In this document: positions 28,821-37,489 of the stretch, piece by piece
Layout of the letters: each line of letters begins with the position of its first letter
Position numbering within the stretch: the stretch's first letter is position 1
Origin: an uncultured Rickettsiales bacterium
GTDB lineage: Bacteria > Pseudomonadota > Alphaproteobacteria > Rickettsiales > CANDYO01
Direction of reading: 5' to 3'
NCBI GenBank assembly: GCA_964627795.1
Contig: CAZVLF010000008.1
Span: 18,219 to 82,218 of the forward strand
Length of the DNA: 64,000 bases
Translations under genes and position numbers: made by a program
The notes under the pieces: generated by a model
Seen by the model: the letters and a program-made list of their open reading frames with translations, nothing else
The model's database searches: none
Told to the model about the DNA's origin: nothing

Positions 28821-30113
28821 TTAACTCGCTTGCTTATTGTTTTTCTTGCTTATAGATTTATTAGATTCAGATTCTTCTTTCCCTTTATAAACTATAATTG
28901 GATCTTTTTTTCCGTTTATTACATCAGCATCAACTACAATTTCTTCGATATTATTGCTACTTGGAATCTCAAACATCAAATCAAGCAATACAGACTCTAA
29001 AATAGATCTTAAACCTCTCGCTCCTGTTTTCCTCTCAATAGCTTTTTTAGCAATAGCATGAAGGGCATCATCATTAACTTTCAACTTCACTCCTTCCATT
29101 TCAAACAACTTCACAAATTGTTTTACTAAAGCATTCTTAGGCTTGGTTAAGATCTCAATTAATGCACTTTCTTCAAGATCAACTAGGGTTGTAACTATAG
29201 GTAAACGCCCTATAAATTCTGGTATTAAACCAAATTTTACCAGATCTCCAGGCTCAACTTTATGAAGTATATCGTTAATTTTATCTTCTTTCTTGCTTTT
29301 AACATCGGCCTCAAACCCTATCGAACTGCTAGCTCCTCTTGCGGAGATAATTTTATCAAGCCCTGTAAATGCTCCACCACAAACAAATAATATATTGGTA
29401 GTGTCAACCTGGATAAATTCTTGGTTTGGATGCTTTCTTCCTCCTTGAGGCGGCACAGAAGCTACCGTACCTTCCATAATTTTTAGTAACGCTTGCTGCA
29501 CCCCTTCACCTGATACATCTCGTGTTATGGAAGGATTTTCAGATTTACGAGAAATTTTATCAACTTCATCAATATAAATTATGCCTCTTTCAGCTTTTGC
29601 TACGTCATAATCAGCAGCCTGTAACAATCTTAAAATAATATTCTCAACATCTTCTCCAACATATCCAGCCTCTGTTAAACTGGTTGCATCAGCAACCGTG
29701 AAAGGAACATCAAGAATCTTAGCTAAAGTTTGTGCTAAGAGAGTTTTACCACATCCTGTAGGACCAATAAGAAGAATATTTGATTTAGATATCTCAACAT
29801 CATTTTTTTTATCTAAATTTCTTAGTCTTTTATAATGGTTGTAAACTGCAACTGATAGAATTTTTTTAGCCTGATCTTGGCTGATAATATATTCATCAAG
29901 AACATCTCTTAATTCTTTAGGCGTAAGGATTTTATCATCTTGTGGATTATTAATATTAGTATCTTCATTGATGATATCGGCACATAATTCAATACATTCA
30001 TTACAAATAAATAATGTAGGGCCAGCAATAAGCTTCTTTACTTTATGTTGACTTTTTCCACAAAAAGAACAATGAAGCTCTTCTTTATTCTTAACTATAT
30101 CTTTGCCTGACAT
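28821..30113 (-). CDS. clpX: ATP-dependent Clp protease ATP-binding subunit ClpX
   Basis: Zn-finger CSFCGKSQ...CNECIELC, Walker [25 protein letters not shown], and the IGF-like loop region. It ends in a Lys/Ser-rich C-terminal tail. Confidence 0.97.
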   Translation of the reverse strand: MSGKDIVKNKEELHCSFCGKSQHKVKKLIAGPTLFICNECIELCADIINEDTNINNPQDDKILTPKELRDVLDEYIISQDQAKKILSVAVYNHYKRLRNLDKKNDVEISKSNILLIGPTGCGKTLLAQTLAKILDVPFTVADATSLTEAGYVGEDVENIILRLLQAADYDVAKAERGIIYIDEVDKISRKSENPSITRDVSGEGVQQALLKIMEGTVASVPPQGGRKHPNQEFIQVDTTNILFVCGGAFTGLDKIISARGASSSIGFEADVKSKKEDKINDILHKVEPGDLVKFGLIPEFIGRLPIVTTLVDLEESALIEILTKPKNALVKQFVKLFEMEGVKLKVNDDALHAIAKKAIERKTGARGLRSILESVLLDLMFEIPSSNNIEEIVVDADVINGKKDPIIVYKGKEESESNKSISKKNNKQAS

Positions 30114-30230
30114 ATAACCACCCTCATCAGCTTGAATTTAGTTCTTTAAAATATCACAAGTGCCAGAAAATAAAAAGTTTTTTTTAAATTAAAATCTTCT
30201 ACTAAAAAGTAACTTTTTTAGCAACCAAGC

Positions 30231-31397
30231 CTATTTATCTTCATCTTCTAAAATTTTTTCGTGCATATGAGCTAAATTAAGCAAAACTGATTCTAAAGCA
30301 AAATTTTCTAGAAATATTTCGTGAGCTTTTCGGGTCTTTTTTTTGACCTTATCAGGATTATCCCTAATCCATTCCAAATGTCTTTGAAGTTGAGACAGTA
30401 TTCTTCCAGAAGAAGCATCAACATCTATATATAAAAAACTATCACCAAAATTAGACACTATAAAAGGATGTCTATCACTAATCCCTATTGCTCCAGCAGC
30501 AGCAGTTTCAAACACTCTTCCCGTTGGAACCCCGCTTTCAAGGCTTATCCTAGTGTGAAGTAGCAGATTTATTCCATGTTCTTGTAAAATCTCCTTAATT
30601 ATAGATTTACTATTTGTTGGAGGGTCTCTATAAGCATTTTCTACTATTGGGTATAATCTTGACTTTACTCCATAAAATACAGCCAAATTAGAATTAGCTA
30701 AAGATTTAAATAACTTATAATATTTTTGGGTTCGTCTATCAGCATCCCACAAACCTGCCATATAAACCATCTTTCTTGGCTCTAATTCCTTATATTCCGT
30801 TAAAGGAACTGAAGCATAACCTTGAAAACCATAAAATTTCTTTCCCAGTGATTCCATATAGCGTTTAAACAAGCTAATATGAGGGGAGGAAATTATAAAA
30901 CCGCTAAGAGATTTTAATTCAGGATATCTTAACTCATTAAACAGAGGATAAAGGCTTAAAAAACCTCCAAAATAATCTTGAGTAGGCTGAGAAACAAGGG
31001 CATATACCTTATAATCACTATAATTTGGTTTAAGTCCTAATTTTATATCCCATTTAGCAGAAAAAATAAAATCAGGATTTATTTCTCTAATTTTTTCCTC
31101 ATTTCCTTCTATAGATTCAAGCTTAAATGTCTGCCAACCTAAATTCTCTGATGCTCTAATGAATCTATTACTTACTTCTCTATCAGTAATATTTTCAGCA
31201 GAAGGAATTATAATAATTACCTTATAACTATCTTTTATAGGTACAAATTGATATTCTTTAAGCCAATTATAGCGTGCATCATGCCATTCATAAATTTTAA
31301 ACATGGATTCTTTTATTCCAAAAGCAAGAAGGATATAAAGGCAAAATGAAATTGCTAATGTGACAATAATTCCTATAATTACTTTAAAAAAACTCAT
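30231..31397 (-). CDS. Membrane-anchored CgeB-like glycosyltransferase-fold protein, paralogue 1
   Basis: 388 aa. N-terminal TM (FFKVIIGIIVTLAISFCLYILLAF). The C-terminal block GINLLLHT...RVFETAAAGAIGISDRHPFIVSNFGDSFLYID resembles the GT1-type Glyco_trans_1_2/CgeB C-terminal domain. Clear paralogue of 45851..47017. Confidence 0.65.
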   Translation of the reverse strand: MSFFKVIIGIIVTLAISFCLYILLAFGIKESMFKIYEWHDARYNWLKEYQFVPIKDSYKVIIIIPSAENITDREVSNRFIRASENLGWQTFKLESIEGNEEKIREINPDFIFSAKWDIKLGLKPNYSDYKVYALVSQPTQDYFGGFLSLYPLFNELRYPELKSLSGFIISSPHISLFKRYMESLGKKFYGFQGYASVPLTEYKELEPRKMVYMAGLWDADRRTQKYYKLFKSLANSNLAVFYGVKSRLYPIVENAYRDPPTNSKSIIKEILQEHGINLLLHTRISLESGVPTGRVFETAAAGAIGISDRHPFIVSNFGDSFLYIDVDASSGRILSQLQRHLEWIRDNPDKVKKKTRKAHEIFLENFALESVLLNLAHMHEKILEDEDK

Positions 31398-31494
31398 TTA
31401 TCTAACTCACTTTCAAAAATTTTATCAATTTAATAAAAAAACTTCTTGCTTAAAATGATTTGTCGATGTAAAACAATGTAACCATTTATTTAGT

Positions 31495-31580
31495 GCCCGC
31501 ATGATGGAATGGTAGACATAACGGACTTAAAATCCGTGGGGCTTTAGCCCTTGCCAGTTCAAGTCTGGCTGCGGGTACCA
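31495..31580 (+). tRNA. tRNA-Leu (anticodon UAA), class II with long variable arm
   Basis: GCCCGCATGATGGAATGGTAGACATAACGGACTTAAAATCCGTGGGGCTTTAGCCCTTGCCAGTTCAAGTCTGGCTGCGGGTACCA. Acceptor GCCCGCA/TGCGGGT, anticodon loop CTTAAAA, variable arm GGGGCTTTAGCCC, T-loop TTCAAGT, encoded CCA. Confidence 0.92.
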
Positions 31581-31583
31581 TTC

Positions 31584-32255
31584 TCATAATAATCCTCCTT
31601 CCTTAAAACTAAAGAAACTTTTATCACTAACAATTATATGGTCATGTATTTTTATATTAAAAGATGACATTAAAATTGCTATATCTTGAGTAACTTTAAT
31701 ATCAGCTTTCGAAGGTTTAGTTTCTCCACCTGGATGGTTATGAGCAAGAATTATTGCTGAGGCATTCAAAAACAAAGCCCTCTTGGCAATCTCTCTTGGG
31801 TAAACATTAATCTCATTAACCGTACCATAATCAAAAATATCTTCTTCTATTAACTCATTCTGGTTATTTAGGTAAAATATAATAAACATCTCTTTTTTTG
31901 AGTGACCAATAATTGATCTACAATAATTTAAAAGGCTATTCCAAGAGGTTAAAATTGGTTTTTTCCTAATTTCATCTTTTAACAATCTTGCCGCGCCCTC
32001 AACCATAAGTCTAAAGCAAGCTACTACAGACTTCCCAATACCAGGAATAGATAATAAAGACTCTGCTTCAGCTGTAATCACTTTAGCAAAGCTTCCGTAT
32101 TTTGCCAGCAAAGATTTAGCCAGAGGCTTGGTATCTTTTCTTGGAATAACAAGACAAAGCAATAATTCAAGAATTTCATAGTCCTGCATAGCCCCAAATT
32201 TAGAATTAAGAAGCCTTTCTCTAATTCTTTCTCTATGCCCTATATTATTATCCAT
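31584..32255 (-). CDS. radC: RadC-family (JAMM-motif) protein
   Basis: HhH-like N-terminus (GHRERIRERLL...SIPGIGKSVV) and JAMM motif ILAHNHPGGETKPSKADIKVT. I prefer the Met at 32255 (MDNNIGHRER), which avoids overlap with tolB. The track ORF extends to 32285. Confidence 0.85.
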   Translation of the reverse strand: MDNNIGHRERIRERLLNSKFGAMQDYEILELLLCLVIPRKDTKPLAKSLLAKYGSFAKVITAEAESLLSIPGIGKSVVACFRLMVEGAARLLKDEIRKKPILTSWNSLLNYCRSIIGHSKKEMFIIFYLNNQNELIEEDIFDYGTVNEINVYPREIAKRALFLNASAIILAHNHPGGETKPSKADIKVTQDIAILMSSFNIKIHDHIIVSDKSFFSFKEGGLL

Positions 32256-32263
32256 TAAAATCT

Positions 32264-33574
32264 CTAGTTTAAAGAAGAAGACCAACTTGGATCTGAAGCA
32301 TCTGTTGTAAGTTTAAGCGTTCTTTCAAAATGCCCTGTTATATCAATGGTACATAAATATGATTTAGCTGCCATTAAAGAACCACGATAAGGCTCACCTC
32401 TAGTATAAATAATAACCCTACCATTAGGAGACCAAGCCGGACTTTCAACCAAATATCCTTGAGTTAACATCCTTTCTCCTGAACCATCCGGACGAATAAC
32501 TCCAATATAAAACGTACCCTGAACTTTTTTAGTAAAAGCAATATAATCCCCTCTTGGAGACCAAATTGGGGTAAAATAACTACCTTTATTAAAAGTTATT
32601 CTTTCTTGGTTACTTCCATCTCTATCCATAACATATAATTGAGGAGAACCGCTTCTATCCGAAACAAAAGCTATTTTTTGTCCATCTGGAGAAAAATAAG
32701 GGCTAGTATTAATATATGGTCCTTTTGTTAATTGCTTAGGTGATTTAGCAGAAATATCCATTAAGTACACATCACTACTTCCATCATGAGAATAAGAAAT
32801 TGCAACTTCTTTCCCATCCGGTGAAAATCTTGGTGCAAAAGTCATTTCTTTAAAACGGCCAAAAACATGGTCGCTTCCAGAGTTTAAATTTCTTAAATGA
32901 ACTCTTGGCTTATTATTTGCATAAGATAAATATAATGCTTTATGATTATCCGGCGAAAAACGAGGGGTAAGAACCAAATCTTTACCATCACTTAAATAAC
33001 GTAAATTAGCACCATCTTGATCCATAATAGCAAGTTTCTTTATTCTTTTTTTTGCAGGCCCTGATGCTGCAATAAATAAAATCTTAGTATCAAAGTAACC
33101 TTCTTCTCCAGTTATACGCTTATAAACATCATCAGCAATTTTATGAGCTATTCTTCTCCATTGAGTATCTTTGCCTTTATATATACTTCCTTTAAGAGAT
33201 GTTTCACTATAGGGATCCCATAACTGATATTCCACTTTTAAGCTATTGCCAATTTTAAATACTTCTCCAACAATCATGGCTGATGCCTTGATCTGCCTCC
33301 AGGCAGAAAACTTAGGTCGATGATTCACATTATGAATAGGCTCAATATAGGCAGAATCATTAATTATTCTAAACAAACCTGTACCTTGCAAATCATTATT
33401 TAGAACTTCAGTTATCTCTTTTCCTATTTCCCTTTCAAGAGAGCTTATTCCACCAAATTTTATGCTTGCAATTGGCATAGGCTCAATATTTCCACTAGTA
33501 ATATCTATTCTTTCAATTGCAAATACTTTAATTGAAAATAATAATATAAAAATATAAGTAAAAAATCTTCTCAT
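32264..33574 (-). CDS. tolB: Tol-Pal system beta-propeller protein TolB
   Basis: 436 aa with a signal peptide. Repeated P.FSPDG..(I/V)AF propeller blades (PRFSPDGKEVAISY, PYFSPDGQKIAFVS, PIWSPRGDYIAFT, PAWSPNGRVIIY). Confidence 0.93.
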   Translation of the reverse strand: MRRFFTYIFILLFSIKVFAIERIDITSGNIEPMPIASIKFGGISSLEREIGKEITEVLNNDLQGTGLFRIINDSAYIEPIHNVNHRPKFSAWRQIKASAMIVGEVFKIGNSLKVEYQLWDPYSETSLKGSIYKGKDTQWRRIAHKIADDVYKRITGEEGYFDTKILFIAASGPAKKRIKKLAIMDQDGANLRYLSDGKDLVLTPRFSPDNHKALYLSYANNKPRVHLRNLNSGSDHVFGRFKEMTFAPRFSPDGKEVAISYSHDGSSDVYLMDISAKSPKQLTKGPYINTSPYFSPDGQKIAFVSDRSGSPQLYVMDRDGSNQERITFNKGSYFTPIWSPRGDYIAFTKKVQGTFYIGVIRPDGSGERMLTQGYLVESPAWSPNGRVIIYTRGEPYRGSLMAAKSYLCTIDITGHFERTLKLTTDASDPSWSSSLN

Positions 33575-33575
33575 A

Positions 33576-34484
33576 CTAATCTCCTAAAATGTCACTTGGA
33601 TTGAAATTTAACTCCAACTCTTTCCATGAATTATATTGGTTTGCTGGTAATCCTTGCAAAGGGCTTGCTTTATAAACAGCACGAACTGCAGCATCTGCTG
33701 CAACTTTATATAATTCATCACTATTATATCTACCACTATCTAAAACTTTTACATTAGCAACTGCCCCATCTTCTTTAAAAGAAATTCTCAAAAGCACTTG
33801 CAATTTAGCTGCATCTCTGTTTCCAGCAGGAGGATTCCAGCATTGCTCTATTTGGTGCCTTATGGCATCTTTAATACTAAGAGACAAAGGCCTGTCAGTA
33901 TTAAATGGGCCTTTGCTTGTTTTCTCTGCCACCTCATAATCAGTTTTATCTTTCGATTCTTCAGCCTGTAAGTTTTTTAAAATTTTGTCAATCTCGCTTA
34001 CTTTAGGTTTAGGATTTTTTTTCTTTTTATCATCCTTCTTATCAACTTTTTCATGATTTTTCTTATTTGGTGTTTGCTTTTCTTTATTATCTTTTTTCTT
34101 CTCTTCTTTTTTTAATTTATCATGCACGACTTCTTTTTTTAAATCAGGCTTATTTTCTGGCTTCACTTCAGGCTTCACAGGTTCTGGTTTTGGCTGTTCT
34201 TTTGATTTTTTATCTTCCTTCTCTAAAACTGGCTCACTTTTTGTTGCTTCTTTTTTCTCTTCTAACTTTTCTTCAATTTTTTTAGTTTTTTGCTTATTTT
34301 CAATATTAGTGTTTTTAGTAATAGGTAATAAATCAACAGCTATTATAACTGGAGGTGAAGGATTTCTGCTACATTGAGGAAAATTAATTAAAAGCAACAT
34401 AAAAAGAAAGAGATGCATAAAAGCTGACAAGCTCACTCCTAAATGACGCCCTAAAACAGCTATAATTTTCAGCACTCTTTCCAT
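33576..34484 (-). CDS. tolA: TolA-like protein
   Basis: N-terminal TM anchor, a long Lys/Glu/Pro-rich linker (KPEPVKPEVKPENKPDLKKE...), and a C-terminal TolA/TonB-like domain (IEQCWNPPAG...LRISFKEDGAV). It lies between tolR and tolB. Confidence 0.72.
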   Translation of the reverse strand: MERVLKIIAVLGRHLGVSLSAFMHLFLFMLLLINFPQCSRNPSPPVIIAVDLLPITKNTNIENKQKTKKIEEKLEEKKEATKSEPVLEKEDKKSKEQPKPEPVKPEVKPENKPDLKKEVVHDKLKKEEKKKDNKEKQTPNKKNHEKVDKKDDKKKKNPKPKVSEIDKILKNLQAEESKDKTDYEVAEKTSKGPFNTDRPLSLSIKDAIRHQIEQCWNPPAGNRDAAKLQVLLRISFKEDGAVANVKVLDSGRYNSDELYKVAADAAVRAVYKASPLQGLPANQYNSWKELELNFNPSDILGD

Positions 34485-34490
34485 AATTAA

Positions 34491-34919
34491 TTATTTATCT
34501 AACTGAGTAATTAGTGATACATGATTATAACCAGCCTGATTAATTGATCCAACCACTTTCATAATCATCCCATAGCTAGCATCTTTATCACCTCTAATAA
34601 GTATTCTACTATCTTTCTTTTCATTAGTAACAGCAATTAGCTTATTGGCTAAATCTTCTGTTTTTATCTCAATATCTTGTAAATATACAGTACCCTTATT
34701 GCTAACAGTTATAGTAAGTGGCTCATCATTACCGCTTATTGGAGCAGCTGAAGATTCTGGAAGATTCACATTTATGCCAGAAATCATCATAGGAGCAGTA
34801 ACCATAAATACTACTAACAATACTAACATAACATCAACAAAAGGAGTTATGTTTATTTCACACATCAATTGTCTTTTCGCTTTCTTACCTTTTTTATTAT
34901 TAACTATGGTAACTGCCAT
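34491..34919 (-). CDS. tolR: Tol-Pal system protein TolR (ExbD/TolR family)
   Basis: 142 aa. EINITPFVDVMLVLLVVFMVTAP is the family-defining TM block. Confidence 0.87.
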   Translation of the reverse strand: MAVTIVNNKKGKKAKRQLMCEINITPFVDVMLVLLVVFMVTAPMMISGINVNLPESSAAPISGNDEPLTITVSNKGTVYLQDIEIKTEDLANKLIAVTNEKKDSRILIRGDKDASYGMIMKVVGSINQAGYNHVSLITQLDK

Positions 34920-35652
34920 GTTCCATTCCTCGATCTATTTCTTGAGACAACAAAGAACCAAGCTCATTAGCAAAATCTTCTACTTTTGCTTCAATGTTAT
35001 TTACTCTACTTGATAGAATACTGTAAAAAATTACCGCAGGTATAGCTGCAACTAAGCCTATTGCGGTAGCAAATAAGGCCTCAGCGATACCAGGAGCCAC
35101 TACCGCAATGGTAGCATTCTGGGCAGCTGCTATTGACCTAAAGCTAGTCATTATTCCCCAAACAGTTCCAAATAAACCTACAAAGGTTGCTGATGAACCA
35201 ACAACAGCTAAAAATACAAGATTTTTATCTAACTCTTCTATTTCTCTATTTTTTGCAGAATCCATTGCTTGAATTATTCTTTCTTTTAGACCAATGCTTA
35301 GATATGAAACGGTAGTTCTACTTGCATTAATTCTATGCTTACTCCACTCATCCATTGCAGCTACAAAAACCACCGACATTGGATTATCAGCTTTATTTCT
35401 GATTCTATCATATAGCTGGTCTAACATCTGACCAGACCAGAACACGTCTTCAAAATCTCTAATTTTTTTTATTACTTGGCGAAAAAGTACAGATTTATCT
35501 ATTATAATTGCCCAACTCCATATGGAAGCCAATAGCAGAATTAGCAACACTAACTTAACTACTATATCAGCCCCTGAAATTAATCCTAAAATTGATAGAT
35601 CAGCATGGACTGCTTTATTAACAATCCCTTCTACTTTTTGACTCATATTCAA
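34900..35652 (-). CDS. tolQ: Tol-Pal system protein TolQ (MotA/TolQ/ExbB family)
   Basis: 250 aa with 3 TM spans. LAVVGSSATFVGLFGTVWGIMTSF and APGIAEALFATAIGLVAAIPAVIFY. There is a 20-nt overlap with tolR. Confidence 0.9.
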   Translation of the reverse strand: MNMSQKVEGIVNKAVHADLSILGLISGADIVVKLVLLILLLASIWSWAIIIDKSVLFRQVIKKIRDFEDVFWSGQMLDQLYDRIRNKADNPMSVVFVAAMDEWSKHRINASRTTVSYLSIGLKERIIQAMDSAKNREIEELDKNLVFLAVVGSSATFVGLFGTVWGIMTSFRSIAAAQNATIAVVAPGIAEALFATAIGLVAAIPAVIFYSILSSRVNNIEAKVEDFANELGSLLSQEIDRGMEHGSYHS

Positions 35653-35804
35653 CCCTTTAATTAGTAATACTATATATAAACATAACTTTATATTATCTAT
35701 AAGTAATTTGCCATTAAAATAAAGCTAAAATATCAAATTCATTGCCAAATGAATCATTTTTATTATAAATTGTAATCACTTAAATATTTAAAGCGGAAAT
35801 GTAA

Positions 35805-36527
35805 ATGACCATAATTGGAATCACCCTTGATTGGGACGATAGCCCAACATATTCTTCTATGCATCCTTGGTATGCTTTAAGATGCAATTATGCTAGCGTT
35901 ATAAGCAAATTTAAATCTACACCTATTATAATACCTTATGATTTTGCGTCAATTAACAAATATGTAAATATGATTGATGGCTTAATGATTCCAGGCGGAG
36001 ATTATGATCTTGATCCTTCGGTTTACGGAGAAGAAAAAGCGCAAGAAACTAGAAATACTAGAAACATAAGAAGTGACTTTGAAATAAAATTGATTAAAGA
36101 AGTTATTGCGCAAAATAAACCTTTACTTGGAATTTGCGCAGGCGAACAGCTACTCGCTGCTATTTACGGCGGAAAATTAATTCAAGATATAAAAAGCTAT
36201 AATCCTAATTCATTAGAGCATGAGCAGCGTAAACTTAATATACATATGTCTAAACCATCTCATAAAGTAAAAATAACCCCTAATACCTTATTGCATAAAA
36301 TATTAGAGACTGATGAAATTGAGGTTAATAGTTCTCATCACCAGGCTGTAAAATCAGTAGGTAAAGAAATGGTTATTTCTGGTGTTGCTCCTGATGGTAT
36401 AATTGAAGCCATTGAAATGCCAAACCGTAAATTTGTTATTGGCATAGAATGGCATCCTGAATATTTGGTTAGCCAAGCAGATGAAAAATTAATTCAATCT
36501 TTTATTAAGGCAGCTTCAAACAAATGA
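35805..36527 (+). CDS. Class I glutamine amidotransferase / peptidase C26 (PuuD-like gamma-glutamyl hydrolase family)
   Basis: Nucleophile elbow LLGICAGEQLL, SSHHQAV, and the catalytic His-Glu block IGIEWHPE. Confidence 0.8.
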   Translation: MTIIGITLDWDDSPTYSSMHPWYALRCNYASVISKFKSTPIIIPYDFASINKYVNMIDGLMIPGGDYDLDPSVYGEEKAQETRNTRNIRSDFEIKLIKEVIAQNKPLLGICAGEQLLAAIYGGKLIQDIKSYNPNSLEHEQRKLNIHMSKPSHKVKITPNTLLHKILETDEIEVNSSHHQAVKSVGKEMVISGVAPDGIIEAIEMPNRKFVIGIEWHPEYLVSQADEKLIQSFIKAASNK

Positions 36528-37240
36528 ATAACAACGAAGAAAGAATTGCAAAAATAATTGCTCATGCTGGTATTTGCTCTAGAAGAGATGCAGAAAAACT
36601 CATTGAACAAGGACGAGTAACCTTTAAGGGTCAAGTTATAACCAACCCTGCTTTAAAATTTCCAAATGGAGAAAATATTAAAGTAGATGGAAAACCGCTA
36701 AAATTCAAAAAAGCTAAGCTTTGGCTTTATCATAAGCCGGTTGGACTTATAGTATCTCATAATGACGAGCAAGGAAGAGAAACTGTTTTTGATAATATTA
36801 ACATTAAAGAAAGAGTTATTTCTATTGGCAGGCTTGATAAAAATACTTCTGGTCTATTGCTTTTAACCAATGATGGGAATCTTGCTCGTAAGCTTGAATT
36901 ACCAAGTAATAATTTTAAGCGAGTTTATGCAGTAAGAGTATTTGGTAATTTAAATTTCGAACATATGAAGAAAACCTTATCAAAACCTATCATATTAGAA
37001 GGGGTAAAATATAAACCGGTTAAATTAGAGCTTGAGTCATCTTCAGCTAATAACCACTGGCTTATAATCACCATCACCGAAGGAAAAAATAGAGAAATTA
37101 GAAAAATATTAAGCCATTTTGATCTAAAAATAAGTAAATTAACCAGGCTTCAATATGGACCATTTTCTTTAGGAAATTTAAAACCAGGCAGCCATATGGA
37201 AGCACAAAACTGGGAAGAATTATTAGATGCTCTTGATTAA
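36524..37240 (+). CDS. rRNA pseudouridine synthase, RsuA/RluB family
   Basis: N-terminal S4 domain (RIAKIIAHAGICSRRDAEKLIEQGRVTFKG) and catalytic Asp motif GRLDKNTSGLLLLTNDG, plus ITITEGKNREIRK. There is a 4-nt overlap with the upstream ORF. Confidence 0.85.
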   Translation: MNNNEERIAKIIAHAGICSRRDAEKLIEQGRVTFKGQVITNPALKFPNGENIKVDGKPLKFKKAKLWLYHKPVGLIVSHNDEQGRETVFDNINIKERVISIGRLDKNTSGLLLLTNDGNLARKLELPSNNFKRVYAVRVFGNLNFEHMKKTLSKPIILEGVKYKPVKLELESSSANNHWLIITITEGKNREIRKILSHFDLKISKLTRLQYGPFSLGNLKPGSHMEAQNWEELLDALD

Positions 37241-37489
37241 GCAGTTTATAAAGCTAATCTAACTTAAAATCTCACAGAAGATTTAATATTATCTTTGCTT
37301 TTTTAATATTGGCGGCTATATATCCAAGTTTTTTAGCTTAGACAGTTAATTCTTGGCTTTGACTAAATATTACTTGGACTTGTTGCTTATATTTCTTCTT
37401 CTGCTCCTTTAGATTTTGGCTACTTATTTAATAATTCTAGACTTTTAGTAATTACTTTAGTTAACAGTGCCAAAAAATTAAACAATAAT

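Noticed and set aside
35653..35804. The divergent tolQ / amidotransferase spacer marks a change from mostly minus-strand to mostly plus-strand genes, so I considered it as a replication origin.
   Set aside because: I could see no DnaA boxes or repeated motifs in the 152-bp spacer. Strand bias on the left side of the window is mixed anyway. A genome-wide GC-skew calculation would be needed.
37241..37489. A 250-bp spacer between the convergent pseudouridine synthase and proS genes, considered as an sRNA or gene remnant.
   Set aside because: Only a weak 6-bp AT hairpin (AAATCT/AGATTT) and short stop-riddled reading frames are present. It does not resemble tmRNA, RNase P, SRP or 6S RNA motifs.
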